Shown: positions 28,311-37,509 of the stretch, one piece after another | How positions within the stretch are numbered: the first letter of the stretch is position 1 | Layout of the letters: the number at the start of each line of letters is the position of its first letter | Assembly: GCA_038057075.1 (NCBI GenBank) | Contig: JBBUDV010000006.1 | Coordinates: 2,216-66,215, forward strand | DNA: 64,000 nt | DNA from: Patescibacteria group bacterium | Lineage (GTDB): Bacteria; Patescibacteriota; Minisyncoccia; UBA6257; UBA9933 | Reading direction: 5' to 3' | Program-made: the position numbers and the translations under genes | Notes under the pieces: generated by a model | Told to the model about the DNA's origin: nothing | Seen by the model: the letters and a program-made list of their open reading frames with translations, nothing else | Databases searched by the model: none

Positions 28311-28326
28311 TGGCTCCTCGGGTAGG
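28311..28326 (-). repeat. Duplicated tRNA-Asn 3' end (att-like)
   Basis: TGGCTCCTCGGGTAGG vs tRNA TGGCTCCGCAGGTAGG (14/16). Confidence 0.6.
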
Positions 28327-28335
28327 TATCCTTCA

Positions 28336-28638
28336 CTAAAGTTTCGGAATACCATTTTCCCCTCTAGAAGAATCTTTCTTTAAAACTTCAGAATTTAATA
28401 ATCGTTTATAGGCAAAAGCTTTTCCTGAACCTGTTTTTAAATATCGCTCAAAATCCTTTGCTAATTTTTGATTCTCAAAAGCGCTATAAAATACTAAATT
28501 CCAAGGTCTATATGGCGAAGTAGATTTTACCAAACCTTTATTATGCTCCAAAAATCTTTTCCGCAAATCTTCAGTATATCCAAAATAAAAATTTTTGGAT
28601 TTTGAGCTCCATAAAATATATGTATAGTGCATAGCCAT
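28336..28638 (-). CDS. Small GIY-YIG nuclease
   Basis: YTYIL.S....FYFGYT.DL.KR..EHN.G...T..YRPW.LV...A..FERYLKTGSG. Confidence 0.9.
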   Translation of the reverse strand: MAMHYTYILWSSKSKNFYFGYTEDLRKRFLEHNKGLVKSTSPYRPWNLVFYSAFENQKLAKDFERYLKTGSGKAFAYKRLLNSEVLKKDSSRGENGIPKL

Positions 28639-28658
28639 TCTGAAGCTTTAGCGAAAGA

Positions 28659-28733
28659 TGGCTCCGCAGGTAGGATTCGAACCTACGACCAACCGCTTAA
28701 CAGGCGGCCGCTCTACCACTGAGCTACTGCGGA
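28659..28733 (-). tRNA. tRNA-Asn(GTT)
   Basis: Cloverleaf TCCGCAG/CTGCGGA, anticodon loop CT-GTT-AA, TTCGAAT, encoded CCA. Confidence 0.95.
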
Positions 28734-28819
28734 ATAGATTAAAATGTGTTCTATTAAATTTTACCAATTTAGTTTACCAGAAGTTTTTTAAATTTTCAAC
28801 TTAATTTATATAACTTTTA

Positions 28820-28871
28820 CATTTGACAGCGAGTCCGTAAATAAAAAAAATGTCACGTTTCGTGACATTTT
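28820..28871. mobile_element. Double-hairpin TTA-flanked element, copy 3 (internally deleted)
   Basis: TTA|CATTTGACAGCGAGTCCGTAAAT-A8-TGTCACGTTTCGTGACATTTT|TTA; both ends retained. Confidence 0.75.
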
Positions 28872-28880
28872 TTAAGATAA

Positions 28881-29126
28881 TTATCGATTAACAAATCTGT
28901 TATAAAGTTTAGCGAAAATCACGCCAACAATAAACCCTCCGATTAAATGCTCAATAACGATAATTATCAAACCGCCGAAAGAATAACTGAAAAGTGGATG
29001 ATAAGAACCGAGAGCCATAACTGTTCTTTCACCCATGCCGGATAAAAGAGAAAACCCCATCATTAAGAACCAAACCCCTCCGGCAAGAACGCTCAAAGCC
29101 AAACCTAATGCTTTAGAATTTAACAT
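28881..29126 (-). CDS. Small two-TM membrane protein
   Basis: LNSKALGLA...YHP..SYS.GG....IE..IGGFIVG.IFA.LYN. Confidence 0.7.
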   Translation of the reverse strand: MLNSKALGLALSVLAGGVWFLMMGFSLLSGMGERTVMALGSYHPLFSYSFGGLIIIVIEHLIGGFIVGVIFAKLYNRFVNR

Positions 29127-29177
29127 CGCGTTTTAAAACTATCCTTGCGACCTTTTTCTTTATTATAACTCATTTAA

Positions 29178-30527
29178 CTAACTCGCCAAGTCCGTATCTT
29201 TGCTTCTAACAAAGAAATTGTAAATGCCGTAACCCAAAGCCAACCCTAAAAGCAGGTCAAAAAACAAACTATTAACCAGCGAGCCGATAACGTCCAAAAG
29301 TGAAGCCGTGACACTCGCGCTTTCTTTGATAATCACGGCCAGATAAGAATCAACTGAACGCAAATTGCCGCTTGAATCATTATAATTCAGCGTTGAAGCA
29401 AACATCAGAGCGGAACCGCCTCTTGTCAGATTTTTAATTTTAATTTTAACGTTGATAGTCCCCTGTTCTTGCGGATTTATAGTCCCCAGATTAAAACTCA
29501 AATTATTGCCGATTGAAACGGATTTCAAATTGGAGCTTTGGTATTGAACTTCCCCCGGCAAAACGATTTTAAGCGACGCGTTTTTAACAGAACTTTTGCC
29601 GATATTTTTATAATTCAAAATATAAGTGATTTCCTGTCCTGCGGACGGATTTTGATTGTCAACTGACGGGTCCAAAAAAATAATTTCATTTGTTATTTTT
29701 GGAGCCGATTTTTTAACGGTTGAACCGATGTTAAAAATTGACGGCTGAGTCGGCAAAGTCGGTTGAACAGAAATTGATGCCGCAGGCGGAATTGACGGAA
29801 CTGTTCCTGACGGAATCAGTTGATTTGTAAAAGTTAAAATAGAACCGTATGACATGCCTTGAGAACTTTGAGCAATAATACGGTAATAATAAGTTACGTT
29901 TGGAGAAAGATTTTGCAAATAAGCGTAAACCTTCTGATTGTCTCCCCAGCTCCCGACTCCCTGATAGCCGACAAGATATTCAAGCTGATAACTCGTTCCG
30001 TATTCAAACCACGCGGTTGTGTAATTGTAATTCGGATTTACAGTGCCGCTTAACGTAACCGAATTATTGGTTATTAAAGAAACCGGGTTTGTAAAAACCA
30101 ACGGCGCCATACCCGAAGCCGAACTTTGCGTTTTAAACGACATCGCGCCTCCTTTAACTATCCTATTATCGCAATATGAATTTTGAGCCAATATCCGATA
30201 GTAATAAGTCGTGCTCGGCTGAAGATCTCTTAAATTAGCCGAAACAATTGAAATATTGCTGCGATGGGATTCGTAGCCGATTATTGAAGTGTTGGTAAAT
30301 TGGTCACTCGCGCTGTATTCAAACCAAGACCAATAATCCACAGGCGAATTGACGGAGCCGCTGAAAGTTACCGAATTTTTGGTGATATTCGTCGCGCCGC
30401 CGGTGTAAACCGTGGGAAATAAAGAAGGGTTGCAAACACTCTGGGCGTTTGCAAAATTAGGCGCTAAAAACGCCGACAATATTACGCCAAAATAAAAAAT
30501 CCAAATTGGTTGGATTATTTTTTTCAT
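29178..30527 (-). CDS. Surface protein with two FN3-like domains, DUF11-like domain and C-terminal TM
   Basis: WFEY...L..LQPSTTYYYRI.AQ twice; GQEITY.L.YKN.G...L.IVLP. Confidence 0.75.
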   Translation of the reverse strand: MKKIIQPIWIFYFGVILSAFLAPNFANAQSVCNPSLFPTVYTGGATNITKNSVTFSGSVNSPVDYWSWFEYSASDQFTNTSIIGYESHRSNISIVSANLRDLQPSTTYYYRILAQNSYCDNRIVKGGAMSFKTQSSASGMAPLVFTNPVSLITNNSVTLSGTVNPNYNYTTAWFEYGTSYQLEYLVGYQGVGSWGDNQKVYAYLQNLSPNVTYYYRIIAQSSQGMSYGSILTFTNQLIPSGTVPSIPPAASISVQPTLPTQPSIFNIGSTVKKSAPKITNEIIFLDPSVDNQNPSAGQEITYILNYKNIGKSSVKNASLKIVLPGEVQYQSSNLKSVSIGNNLSFNLGTINPQEQGTINVKIKIKNLTRGGSALMFASTLNYNDSSGNLRSVDSYLAVIIKESASVTASLLDVIGSLVNSLFFDLLLGLALGYGIYNFFVRSKDTDLAS

Positions 30528-30601
30528 GACAAAATGATACGTTATTTACGTTATTTTGTCAAGATAATGTACTGGATGAATATATTAGTAACGCTATATA
30601 T

Positions 30602-30882
30602 GCACTAAACCCCCGGCTTTTGTACAAAAACACGCGTCGTTTTTCCCAGCGTGAAAAGCGCGCTCGACCTCGTTCTCGCTCGTCCGAGACAATAGATTCT
30701 GAAGAATGTCTCGGAGGCGCAAAAAGATTGGTTCCGCTATTTGGCGGATTTTTGCGCCGAGAGGCAAACTCCCGGCTCTCCGCTGGAGAGAGCCGAGGGG
30801 TGATTCTAAAGAACCTATTGTCTCGGACACCTTGCCCGCTCGAACTCCGTACGGTTTCCTTTACAAAAGCCGGAGGTTAGCA
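30602..30882 (-). ncRNA. Candidate structured ncRNA (about 280 nt), family unknown
   Basis: About 19-bp closing stem, 14-bp perfect inner stem (30682-30695/30815-30828), two apical hairpins; mismatches become G-U pairs on the minus strand. Confidence 0.5.
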
Positions 30883-30890
30883 GATAAAAT

Positions 30891-31529
30891 TTATTCTTTT
30901 ATCAGAGGCACGAAGCTGAACCCAAAATAATCTTTTCTAACGTATTTATTTTTGGCAATTTTATCAATAACCACAATGCTGTTTTCAATTGGAGCGACTA
31001 TTCTGCCGTTGATTTTAAGCTGTCTTTTCCAGGCAACGGGTATCTCGTTGGATGCCGCGGCAACAATAATCCTGTCAAAAGGCGCTTCCTTTTTATAACC
31101 TTTGGAGCCGTCGCCTAAAATAATCTCAACGTTTCCTTTTTTTACAAAATCGCATTTTGAAATATTCTTCTCCGCCATATCTTTCAATTCTGCTATTCTC
31201 TCAATCGCAAAAACTTTCCCTGAAGATTCTTTACCGACTATATGCGCGAGCAAGGCGGTTTGCCAGCCGCTTCCCGCGCCGATTTCCAAAATTTTTTCGC
31301 CGCTTCTGGGACGAAGAAGTTCAAGCATAAAAGCAACCGTAAGCGGCTGTGAAATCGTCTGCTCAAAGCCAATCGAAAGCGGCTCATTAATATAAGCCCT
31401 TGTTTTATTTTCTTGCAAAACGAAATCTGCCCTGTCAACGGCCTTAAAGGCCTCAATTATCTCCGAAGTTTTAAGATAACCGTCGTTGATTAACAAATTT
31501 ATAAGATTTTCGTAGTCAGGATTATTCAT
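30891..31529 (-). CDS. pcm: Protein-L-isoaspartate O-methyltransferase
   Basis: QTISQP.TVA.ML, LEIGAGSGWQTA, APFDRIIV.AA. Confidence 0.93.
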   Translation of the reverse strand: MNNPDYENLINLLINDGYLKTSEIIEAFKAVDRADFVLQENKTRAYINEPLSIGFEQTISQPLTVAFMLELLRPRSGEKILEIGAGSGWQTALLAHIVGKESSGKVFAIERIAELKDMAEKNISKCDFVKKGNVEIILGDGSKGYKKEAPFDRIIVAAASNEIPVAWKRQLKINGRIVAPIENSIVVIDKIAKNKYVRKDYFGFSFVPLIKE

Positions 31530-31993
31530 TAATTAATTTTACCGAACTTTTTTTCTCCCCAATTTAATCGGGACAAAAAGAAAAATACGGCGCTGCCGAC
31601 AAATGAATTATATAAAACTTCTTGAATAAAAACTCGGGAAATAATCGTGTAAGGAAACAATAAAAGATAAAAGATAAAAGTATAAACAAATATCAAAACC
31701 AAGCAGTTTATAAGCGGCTGCCACGGCAAATATCTGGCAATAATAATCGTTAAAACGCCTATCCCGAAAAAAAGCAAAATGTCTTTATCGGGATGCGGGG
31801 AAAACTTTAAAAATAATGACGCGACTGATAAAAGGAAAACGCTTTCCCAAATCTCCTGAATAAAAAACAAAGCCGCCGCAAAAACCGCCAAAACAAAATT
31901 CGGCTTAACTCCAAAAAACGAAATATTAAGCGATTGAATGAGCGAGAAAAAAATAATGACGGAAATAAGAATTAAAAAATGCCTGATTTTCAT
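31529..31993 (-). CDS. MreD-like membrane protein
   Basis: About 5 TMs with FFGVKPNFVL, similar to the MreD N-terminal P(D/N) motif; mreBC nearby. Confidence 0.5.
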   Translation of the reverse strand: MKIRHFLILISVIIFFSLIQSLNISFFGVKPNFVLAVFAAALFFIQEIWESVFLLSVASLFLKFSPHPDKDILLFFGIGVLTIIIARYLPWQPLINCLVLIFVYTFIFYLLLFPYTIISRVFIQEVLYNSFVGSAVFFFLSRLNWGEKKFGKIN

Positions 31994-32025
31994 ATGTTTT
32001 TAAGATTACTTGCCGCTATTTATTA

Positions 32026-32111
32026 CATTTGGCAGCGAGTCCACAAAGAAAACTTTGTTTTATTTGTGGCGAGAGAACCAAATGAAAAAATGTTACGTTT
32101 CGTGACATTTT
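32026..32111. mobile_element. Double-hairpin TTA-flanked element, copy 4 (at the dnaJ stop codon)
   Basis: TTA|CATTTGGCAGCGAGTCCACAAA...TTTGTGGCGAGAGAACCAAATG-A6-TGTTACGTTTCGTGACATTTT|TTA; right TTA is the dnaJ stop. Confidence 0.88.
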
Positions 32112-33254
32112 TTATTCTTCTTCTTTTTCCAAATCCTCTAAAAGTTTTTTAGCCGCGCCGCTGATTTTTTTAGGAGTTTTAACTTTAAGTTTAAGCAATA
32201 AATCGCCTCGGCCACTCCGGTTGAAATGAGGCATTCCTTCGCCGGAAATTCTGATAAACCGGTTAATCTCAAAATCCGCCGGTATTTTCACTTTTATTTT
32301 TCCGCCCGAAATAACGGGAATCTCAAATTCTCTGACGCCGGCAAAATAAAGTAAAAGCGCGATTAAACTGATTTCCTTTTCAATTATCAAATCGTCACTT
32401 TGTCTGGAAAAAATTTTATGAAACTTAATCCTGATAATAATAAATAAATCCCCTTCTTCCATTCCTCTTTCTCCGGCTTCTCCGCCGCCTTTGATTTTTA
32501 TTATCTGATTGTCGGACACGCCGGGCAGAATTTTGATTGTCGTTTCCTTTTCTCCTTTCACGGCTCCCCTGCCTTTGCAAGAATCGCAAATTTTATTGGG
32601 CGTCTGACCCGAGCCAAAACAGCCGGAACACATTTTAACCTGCGTAAAACTGCCGAAAAAAGTGTTCCGATTTTCTTTTATTTCGCCTCTGCCCCCGCAA
32701 ACCGAACACGTGGAAAATCCGGATTTCGGTTCATGGCCCAAGCCGCTGCATTTAACGCATCTGACATCAACTTTATATTTGATTTTTTCCTCCGTGCCGG
32801 AAAACGCCTCTTCCAAACTTATTTCTTGAATCAATTGGATATCGGAACCGTGCTTATAAGTCCGCCTTTGCTCCTTTACGCCCAAACCTTCAAAAAACGC
32901 GTCAAAAATATCACCGATATCCGCGGCTCCTCCTCCGCCAAAATCAAAATTAAAACCAGAAGACCCGCCTTGAGCGCCGCCGAAGGGCCCGCCTTGACCG
33001 AAATCCCAGCCGCCGAATGGACTGCCTTGAGCGCCGCCGGAAGACTGTTCCTCAAAGACCCTGCCGAATTGGTCGTACTGATTCCGTTTTTGAGGATTGG
33101 ATAAAATCTGATACGCTTCGCTTAATTCTTTAAATTTTTTCTCGTCGCCGCCCGGTTTGTCAGGATGATATTTATGCGCCAGCTTACGATACGCTTTTTT
33201 TATGTCGTCTTGCGTGGCGTTTTTTTCAATACCTAAAATTTTGTAATAATTCAT
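32112..33254 (-). CDS. dnaJ: Chaperone DnaJ
   Basis: J-domain HPD, G/F region, four CxxCxGxG. Confidence 0.95.
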   Translation of the reverse strand: MNYYKILGIEKNATQDDIKKAYRKLAHKYHPDKPGGDEKKFKELSEAYQILSNPQKRNQYDQFGRVFEEQSSGGAQGSPFGGWDFGQGGPFGGAQGGSSGFNFDFGGGGAADIGDIFDAFFEGLGVKEQRRTYKHGSDIQLIQEISLEEAFSGTEEKIKYKVDVRCVKCSGLGHEPKSGFSTCSVCGGRGEIKENRNTFFGSFTQVKMCSGCFGSGQTPNKICDSCKGRGAVKGEKETTIKILPGVSDNQIIKIKGGGEAGERGMEEGDLFIIIRIKFHKIFSRQSDDLIIEKEISLIALLLYFAGVREFEIPVISGGKIKVKIPADFEINRFIRISGEGMPHFNRSGRGDLLLKLKVKTPKKISGAAKKLLEDLEKEEE

Positions 33255-33259
33255 GTTTC

Positions 33260-33358
33260 AAATTAAAAAGTAAAATATAAAAATTAAAAAGTATTTTGGG
33301 ATTTTCTTATTTTTAACTTTTAATTTTCGTTTTTCATTTTTAGTTTTCTGTTTTTCAT
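33260..33358. repeat. Degenerate heptamer tracts in inverted arrangement
   Basis: (AAAATTA/AAAAGTA)n followed by (TTTTAAC/TTTTCAT/TTTTAGT)n. Confidence 0.5.
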
Positions 33359-34351
33359 TTATACAATTATAGTTTCCTTACTCCGTTGTTCCAAAGAAAT
33401 TCTGGCAAAGCCGATTGCCAACAAAATCTCATAAATCACAAAAGTTAAAATAGATATCACCGATCTTAACGGCCAACTTATCGCTTCAATGGTCAAAAAA
33501 ATCAAAAGCCCAATTATTGCGAAAACAATTTGTTTGCCTCTCTCAGATAAGTTTAAAAATTTTTCTCTGGCAATCTGATAAAGTGAATCTGGAATATTCA
33601 TTTTTGGATTTATTTTAATTCCCAAAAAAGAAGACACTCTGTCGTAAAATTCGGAAGCGCTTTTACCGATTATTTGCTGTTTGGCGGTTTTAGACAAATT
33701 TTCCGCGCCGGGAAGCCGGTTTAAACTTTGTTCTGAAGTTTTTAACGCTATTTCTTCAAGAGTAGAAGATATAGTAAACCCGGGCAAAAATTTATTAATT
33801 ATAAAATCGCCGGACGACATAACTTCACGAAACAAAAAAGGCGAAACCGGAAATCTGTCTTGGTCGGCTACGGCCGAATAAAACGGCATCAGACCGCCGA
33901 ATAAAAGCGCGAAGGCCGCAACTGCTTTGGGCAAAACCGCCCGGCTGGTTTCCCAAAAATTTATTTTCATATTATTTTCAAGAACCTTTCTGCCGCTGTA
34001 GTTGCCCCAATATAAAACCGCAAAAATAATAACGGAAAAGGACAAAATAACCAGCGACTCGGTGATAAAAGTAATAACCATCGCCAAACTTTCAAGAACC
34101 AAAATGAAAGCCGAAGCGCTGTTTTGCCTTGTAAAAAACGTCTGGAGAAGAAAAATTATTGAAAATACCAAACCCAAAACGCTTGCCCAAAAAAGAGCGT
34201 TCCAATCGGTTGTTCTAAAAAAGTCCTTTAAAAACCAGCCGAACGCGAAAGCCGCCGCGATGCCCAAAATCCAAAGAACAATTATTTTAATTGATATAGA
34301 CCCAGGATGTTCAAGAGAAGTTTTTTTGTCAAGAAGCTGGATTTCCGTCAT
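33359..34351 (-). CDS. Hypothetical multi-TM membrane protein
   Basis: 330-aa hydrophobic ORF between dnaK and dnaJ, overlapping the dnaK end. Confidence 0.7.
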   Translation of the reverse strand: MTEIQLLDKKTSLEHPGSISIKIIVLWILGIAAAFAFGWFLKDFFRTTDWNALFWASVLGLVFSIIFLLQTFFTRQNSASAFILVLESLAMVITFITESLVILSFSVIIFAVLYWGNYSGRKVLENNMKINFWETSRAVLPKAVAAFALLFGGLMPFYSAVADQDRFPVSPFLFREVMSSGDFIINKFLPGFTISSTLEEIALKTSEQSLNRLPGAENLSKTAKQQIIGKSASEFYDRVSSFLGIKINPKMNIPDSLYQIAREKFLNLSERGKQIVFAIIGLLIFLTIEAISWPLRSVISILTFVIYEILLAIGFARISLEQRSKETIIV

Positions 34352-36167
34352 TATTTTTATTATACATTGATTGGCCGATTTTTTGAAGCTCGTTTGAAAG
34401 TTCCTGAAGTTTTGATTTTATCGCTTCAATATCTTCGCCGTCCTTCGGCAAGCTCAGGACGGATTTTAACGCTTCTATTTTCGCGTTGACGGATTCTTTT
34501 ATTTCTTGGGAAATTTTGTCTCCTGCGTCTTTTACCGCCTTTTCAGACATATAAATCGTTTGTTCCGCCTGATTTTTTGTTTCAACCAATTCTTTTTTTC
34601 TCTTATCTTCTTCAGAATGCGCCGTCGCCTCGTTTTTTAATTTTTCAATTTCCTCTTTTGAAAGTTGCGTTGACGCCTCAATTCTTATTGACTGACTTTT
34701 ACCGCTCGCTTTATCTTTCGCCGAAACATTCAAAATGCCGTTGGCATCAATGTCAAAAGAAACTTCTACTTGTGGAACCCCTCTCGGCGACGGCGGAATG
34801 CCGTCCAAAATAAATCTTGCCAAAGTCCTGTTATCTTTCGCTATAGGCCTTTCGCCTTGAAGAATATGAATTTCAACCGATGTCTGATTATCCGCGGCCG
34901 TTGAAAACACCTGTGACTTCGTCGCCGGAATAGTCATATTTTTTTCAATAATCGTGGTAAAAATTCCGCCTAATGTCTCAATGCCAAATGAAAGCGGAAT
35001 TACGTCCAAAAGCAAAACGTCTTTAACGTCTCCTTGAAAAATTCCGGCTTGGACGGCCGCGCCGACCGCGACAACCTCGTCGGGATTAATTCCTTTATGC
35101 GGCTCTTTGCCAAAAAGATTTTTTACCGCCTCGTTTATCAAAGGCATTCTTGTCTGACCGCCGACCAAAATCACTTCATCAATGTCAGAAATTTTAAATC
35201 CCGATTCGGAAACCACTTTTTTGACTATCTCTATTGAGCGGTCAACATATTCCCTAATCAAATCCTCCAATTTTGCTCTCGTCATTTTCATTAGAAAATG
35301 TTTCGGTCCCGAAGCGTCTGATGTGACGTAAGGCAAATTTATTTCCGTTTCAACCGCTGTTGAAAGCTCATGTTTGGCGCGCTCGCCCGCTTCTTTAAGC
35401 CGTTGTAAAGCCAACGGGTCCTTGGATAAATCAATACCTTCACGCTTTTTATATTCACTCACTAAAAATTCCATTATTTTTTTGTCAAAATCGTCGCCGC
35501 CCAAATGAGTGTCGCCTCCGGTTGATTTAACCTCAACTACGTCATCGCCAATTTCCAAAACCGAAACGTCAAAAGTACCGCCGCCAAAATCATAAACGGC
35601 TATTTTTTCGTTTTTTTGTTTGTTCAATCCGTAAGCCAAAGCCGCCGCGGTCGGTTCGTTGATTATTCTTTTTACTTTAAGCCCCGCGATTTCTCCGGCG
35701 TTTTTGGTGGCTTGCCTTTGCGAATCGTCAAAATAAGCGGGCACGGTGATTACCGCTTCTTCTATTTTTTCTCCGGTTTTTGCCTCCGCGTCCGCTTTAA
35801 GCTTCGCCAATATCATCGCGGAAATTTCCTCGGGCGTGTGCCACTTATCGCCCATTTTAACTTCAACGCCGCCGGTCGCCGATTTCTGAATATCGTAAGA
35901 AAGCCAGGCCTTGTCGCGCTGAACTTCGGGGTCGTCAAATTTTCTGCCGATTAATCTTTTGACTGAAAAAATCGTGTTTTTGGGATTGACGACGGATTGC
36001 CGCTTCGCCAAAACGCCAACCAATCTTTCATTGGCTTTAGAAATCGCCACGATTGACGGCGTAGTTCTCATTCCCTCGTGGTTTTCCAAAATTTTCGGCT
36101 CGCCTCCTTCAATAACCGCCATCGCCGAATTTGTTGTTCCCAAATCAATGCCTAATATTTTTGCCAT
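34329..36167 (-). CDS. dnaK: Chaperone DnaK
   Basis: [32 protein letters not shown]. Confidence 0.97.
   Translation of the reverse strand: MAKILGIDLGTTNSAMAVIEGGEPKILENHEGMRTTPSIVAISKANERLVGVLAKRQSVVNPKNTIFSVKRLIGRKFDDPEVQRDKAWLSYDIQKSATGGVEVKMGDKWHTPEEISAMILAKLKADAEAKTGEKIEEAVITVPAYFDDSQRQATKNAGEIAGLKVKRIINEPTAAALAYGLNKQKNEKIAVYDFGGGTFDVSVLEIGDDVVEVKSTGGDTHLGGDDFDKKIMEFLVSEYKKREGIDLSKDPLALQRLKEAGERAKHELSTAVETEINLPYVTSDASGPKHFLMKMTRAKLEDLIREYVDRSIEIVKKVVSESGFKISDIDEVILVGGQTRMPLINEAVKNLFGKEPHKGINPDEVVAVGAAVQAGIFQGDVKDVLLLDVIPLSFGIETLGGIFTTIIEKNMTIPATKSQVFSTAADNQTSVEIHILQGERPIAKDNRTLARFILDGIPPSPRGVPQVEVSFDIDANGILNVSAKDKASGKSQSIRIEASTQLSKEEIEKLKNEATAHSEEDKRKKELVETKNQAEQTIYMSEKAVKDAGDKISQEIKESVNAKIEALKSVLSLPKDGEDIEAIKSKLQELSNELQKIGQSMYNKNNDGNPAS
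34438..34462. repeat. REP-like hairpin inside dnaK
   Basis: CCGTCCTTCGGCAAGCTCAGGACGG; related to 54068-54110 and 23914-23932. Confidence 0.55.
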
Positions 36168-36171
36168 AATT

Positions 36172-36675
36172 TTACTTCGCCACTTTAACCCTCGCGGGCC
36201 TTATTAATTTTCCTCCAAGCGTATATCCTCTTTCCACCTCTTCAATAATAGTATTGGACAATTTGTCGGATTCAATAGTCGCCACCGCTTCGTGAAACGC
36301 GGGGTCAAATACTTGCCCGACGGACACGATTAATTTTTCCAAACCGTAATTTTTGAGCGCGTCTTCAATCTGCGACTTTATCAAATACATCCCTTTTTCC
36401 GCCTTACCCTCTTTTTCCAATGCCACTATCGCAAGGTCAAAACTATCCAAAATCACAATCAAATCCCTGATAATCATTTCATTGGCGAAATTTCTGAATA
36501 TCTCAAACCTTTTCGCCTCGTCTTTTTTATAATTTATAAGCTCCGCCCGCGCTCTTTGCCAGCCGTCCAGATATTCGTCGCGTTCTTTTTTTATTTTGTC
36601 AAAATCCGTTGATTCCTCGGTTTTCCCGGGCTCAACCGGTTCATTTTGACTTGTATTTTTAATTTCATCGCTCAT
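36172..36675 (-). CDS. grpE: Nucleotide exchange factor GrpE
   Basis: [31 protein letters not shown]. Confidence 0.93.
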   Translation of the reverse strand: MSDEIKNTSQNEPVEPGKTEESTDFDKIKKERDEYLDGWQRARAELINYKKDEAKRFEIFRNFANEMIIRDLIVILDSFDLAIVALEKEGKAEKGMYLIKSQIEDALKNYGLEKLIVSVGQVFDPAFHEAVATIESDKLSNTIIEEVERGYTLGGKLIRPARVKVAK

Positions 36676-36734
36676 AACATATCAATTATATTGATAAAAA
36701 ATAGACAGTCAACCCCGTGCCTTTCAAAGAAAAT

Positions 36735-37424
36735 TTAACGAACCAAATAAACGTTTTCCAGTTCGTTTATATTATAAGACATTTTAATAACGGCTTCTTT
36801 AAAAACTCCTCCTGATTCTTCCCTAATCTGGCTTATATTCCCGATTTTCAGATGCAAAGGAAAATCTTTTGAGGACAAAAAAACGGCGTCTCCTTCCTTT
36901 ACCGGTTTTTCAATTAAGGCGATTTTAGGGTCGTTTCCGCCGTTGAAAAGGCCATTAATCTTGTTTTCGCCTATTTTTACCGGAATCTGCCAATCGGGGT
37001 CAAAAACGGTTCTAACTGAAGCGAAATTTTGCGAAACGTCAATTACCTTTCCAATAAACACTTCGCCGTTTAAAACAACCGGCATTTCTTTTTTAACGCC
37101 GTCTTTCAGACCCTTATCAATCGTTAAAATACTTTTAACGTTAAATGGGTATGTTGAAAAAACTTTTGTGGCTAAATATCTTCCTGTTAAATCATTTTGT
37201 AAATCCGTATTCCCCAATTTAAAAATATGTAACTTCTGCAATTGAGCTTTTAAATTCTCGTTTTCAATTTTTAAGGAGAGATTTTCTTTATATAAATCCG
37301 TTTTGAAATAATCAAACAGAAAATAAACCGTTGCGCTCAAATAATTTTTCTTGACGAAAAAACCGCTGAAAAAAGTCAGGAACAGAAATGCGGCGGCCAC
37401 TCCGATTAAAATCCATTTTTTCAT
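36735..37424 (-). CDS. mreC: Rod shape-determining protein MreC
   Basis: TM, coiled coil, LTIDKG..DGV...MPV, IGKV; downstream of mreB. Confidence 0.85.
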   Translation of the reverse strand: MKKWILIGVAAAFLFLTFFSGFFVKKNYLSATVYFLFDYFKTDLYKENLSLKIENENLKAQLQKLHIFKLGNTDLQNDLTGRYLATKVFSTYPFNVKSILTIDKGLKDGVKKEMPVVLNGEVFIGKVIDVSQNFASVRTVFDPDWQIPVKIGENKINGLFNGGNDPKIALIEKPVKEGDAVFLSSKDFPLHLKIGNISQIREESGGVFKEAVIKMSYNINELENVYLVR

Positions 37425-37509
37425 GCTTCGCTGAATCTACTAATAACCAATCTTTTACTAATTTACGAATCTATTTGTATATTTATACAGATTTGTTATT
37501 TGTAGATTT

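Noticed and set aside
30602-30882. SRP RNA, RNase P RNA or tmRNA
   Set aside because: No CAGG-GNRA-AGCAG domain IV, no GAGGAAAGUCC, no tRNA-like ends or tag reading frame recognised
30594-30930. Three overlapping short ORFs (78, 86, 74 aa)
   Set aside because: Expected from a GC-rich self-complementary region; no protein motifs or start signals
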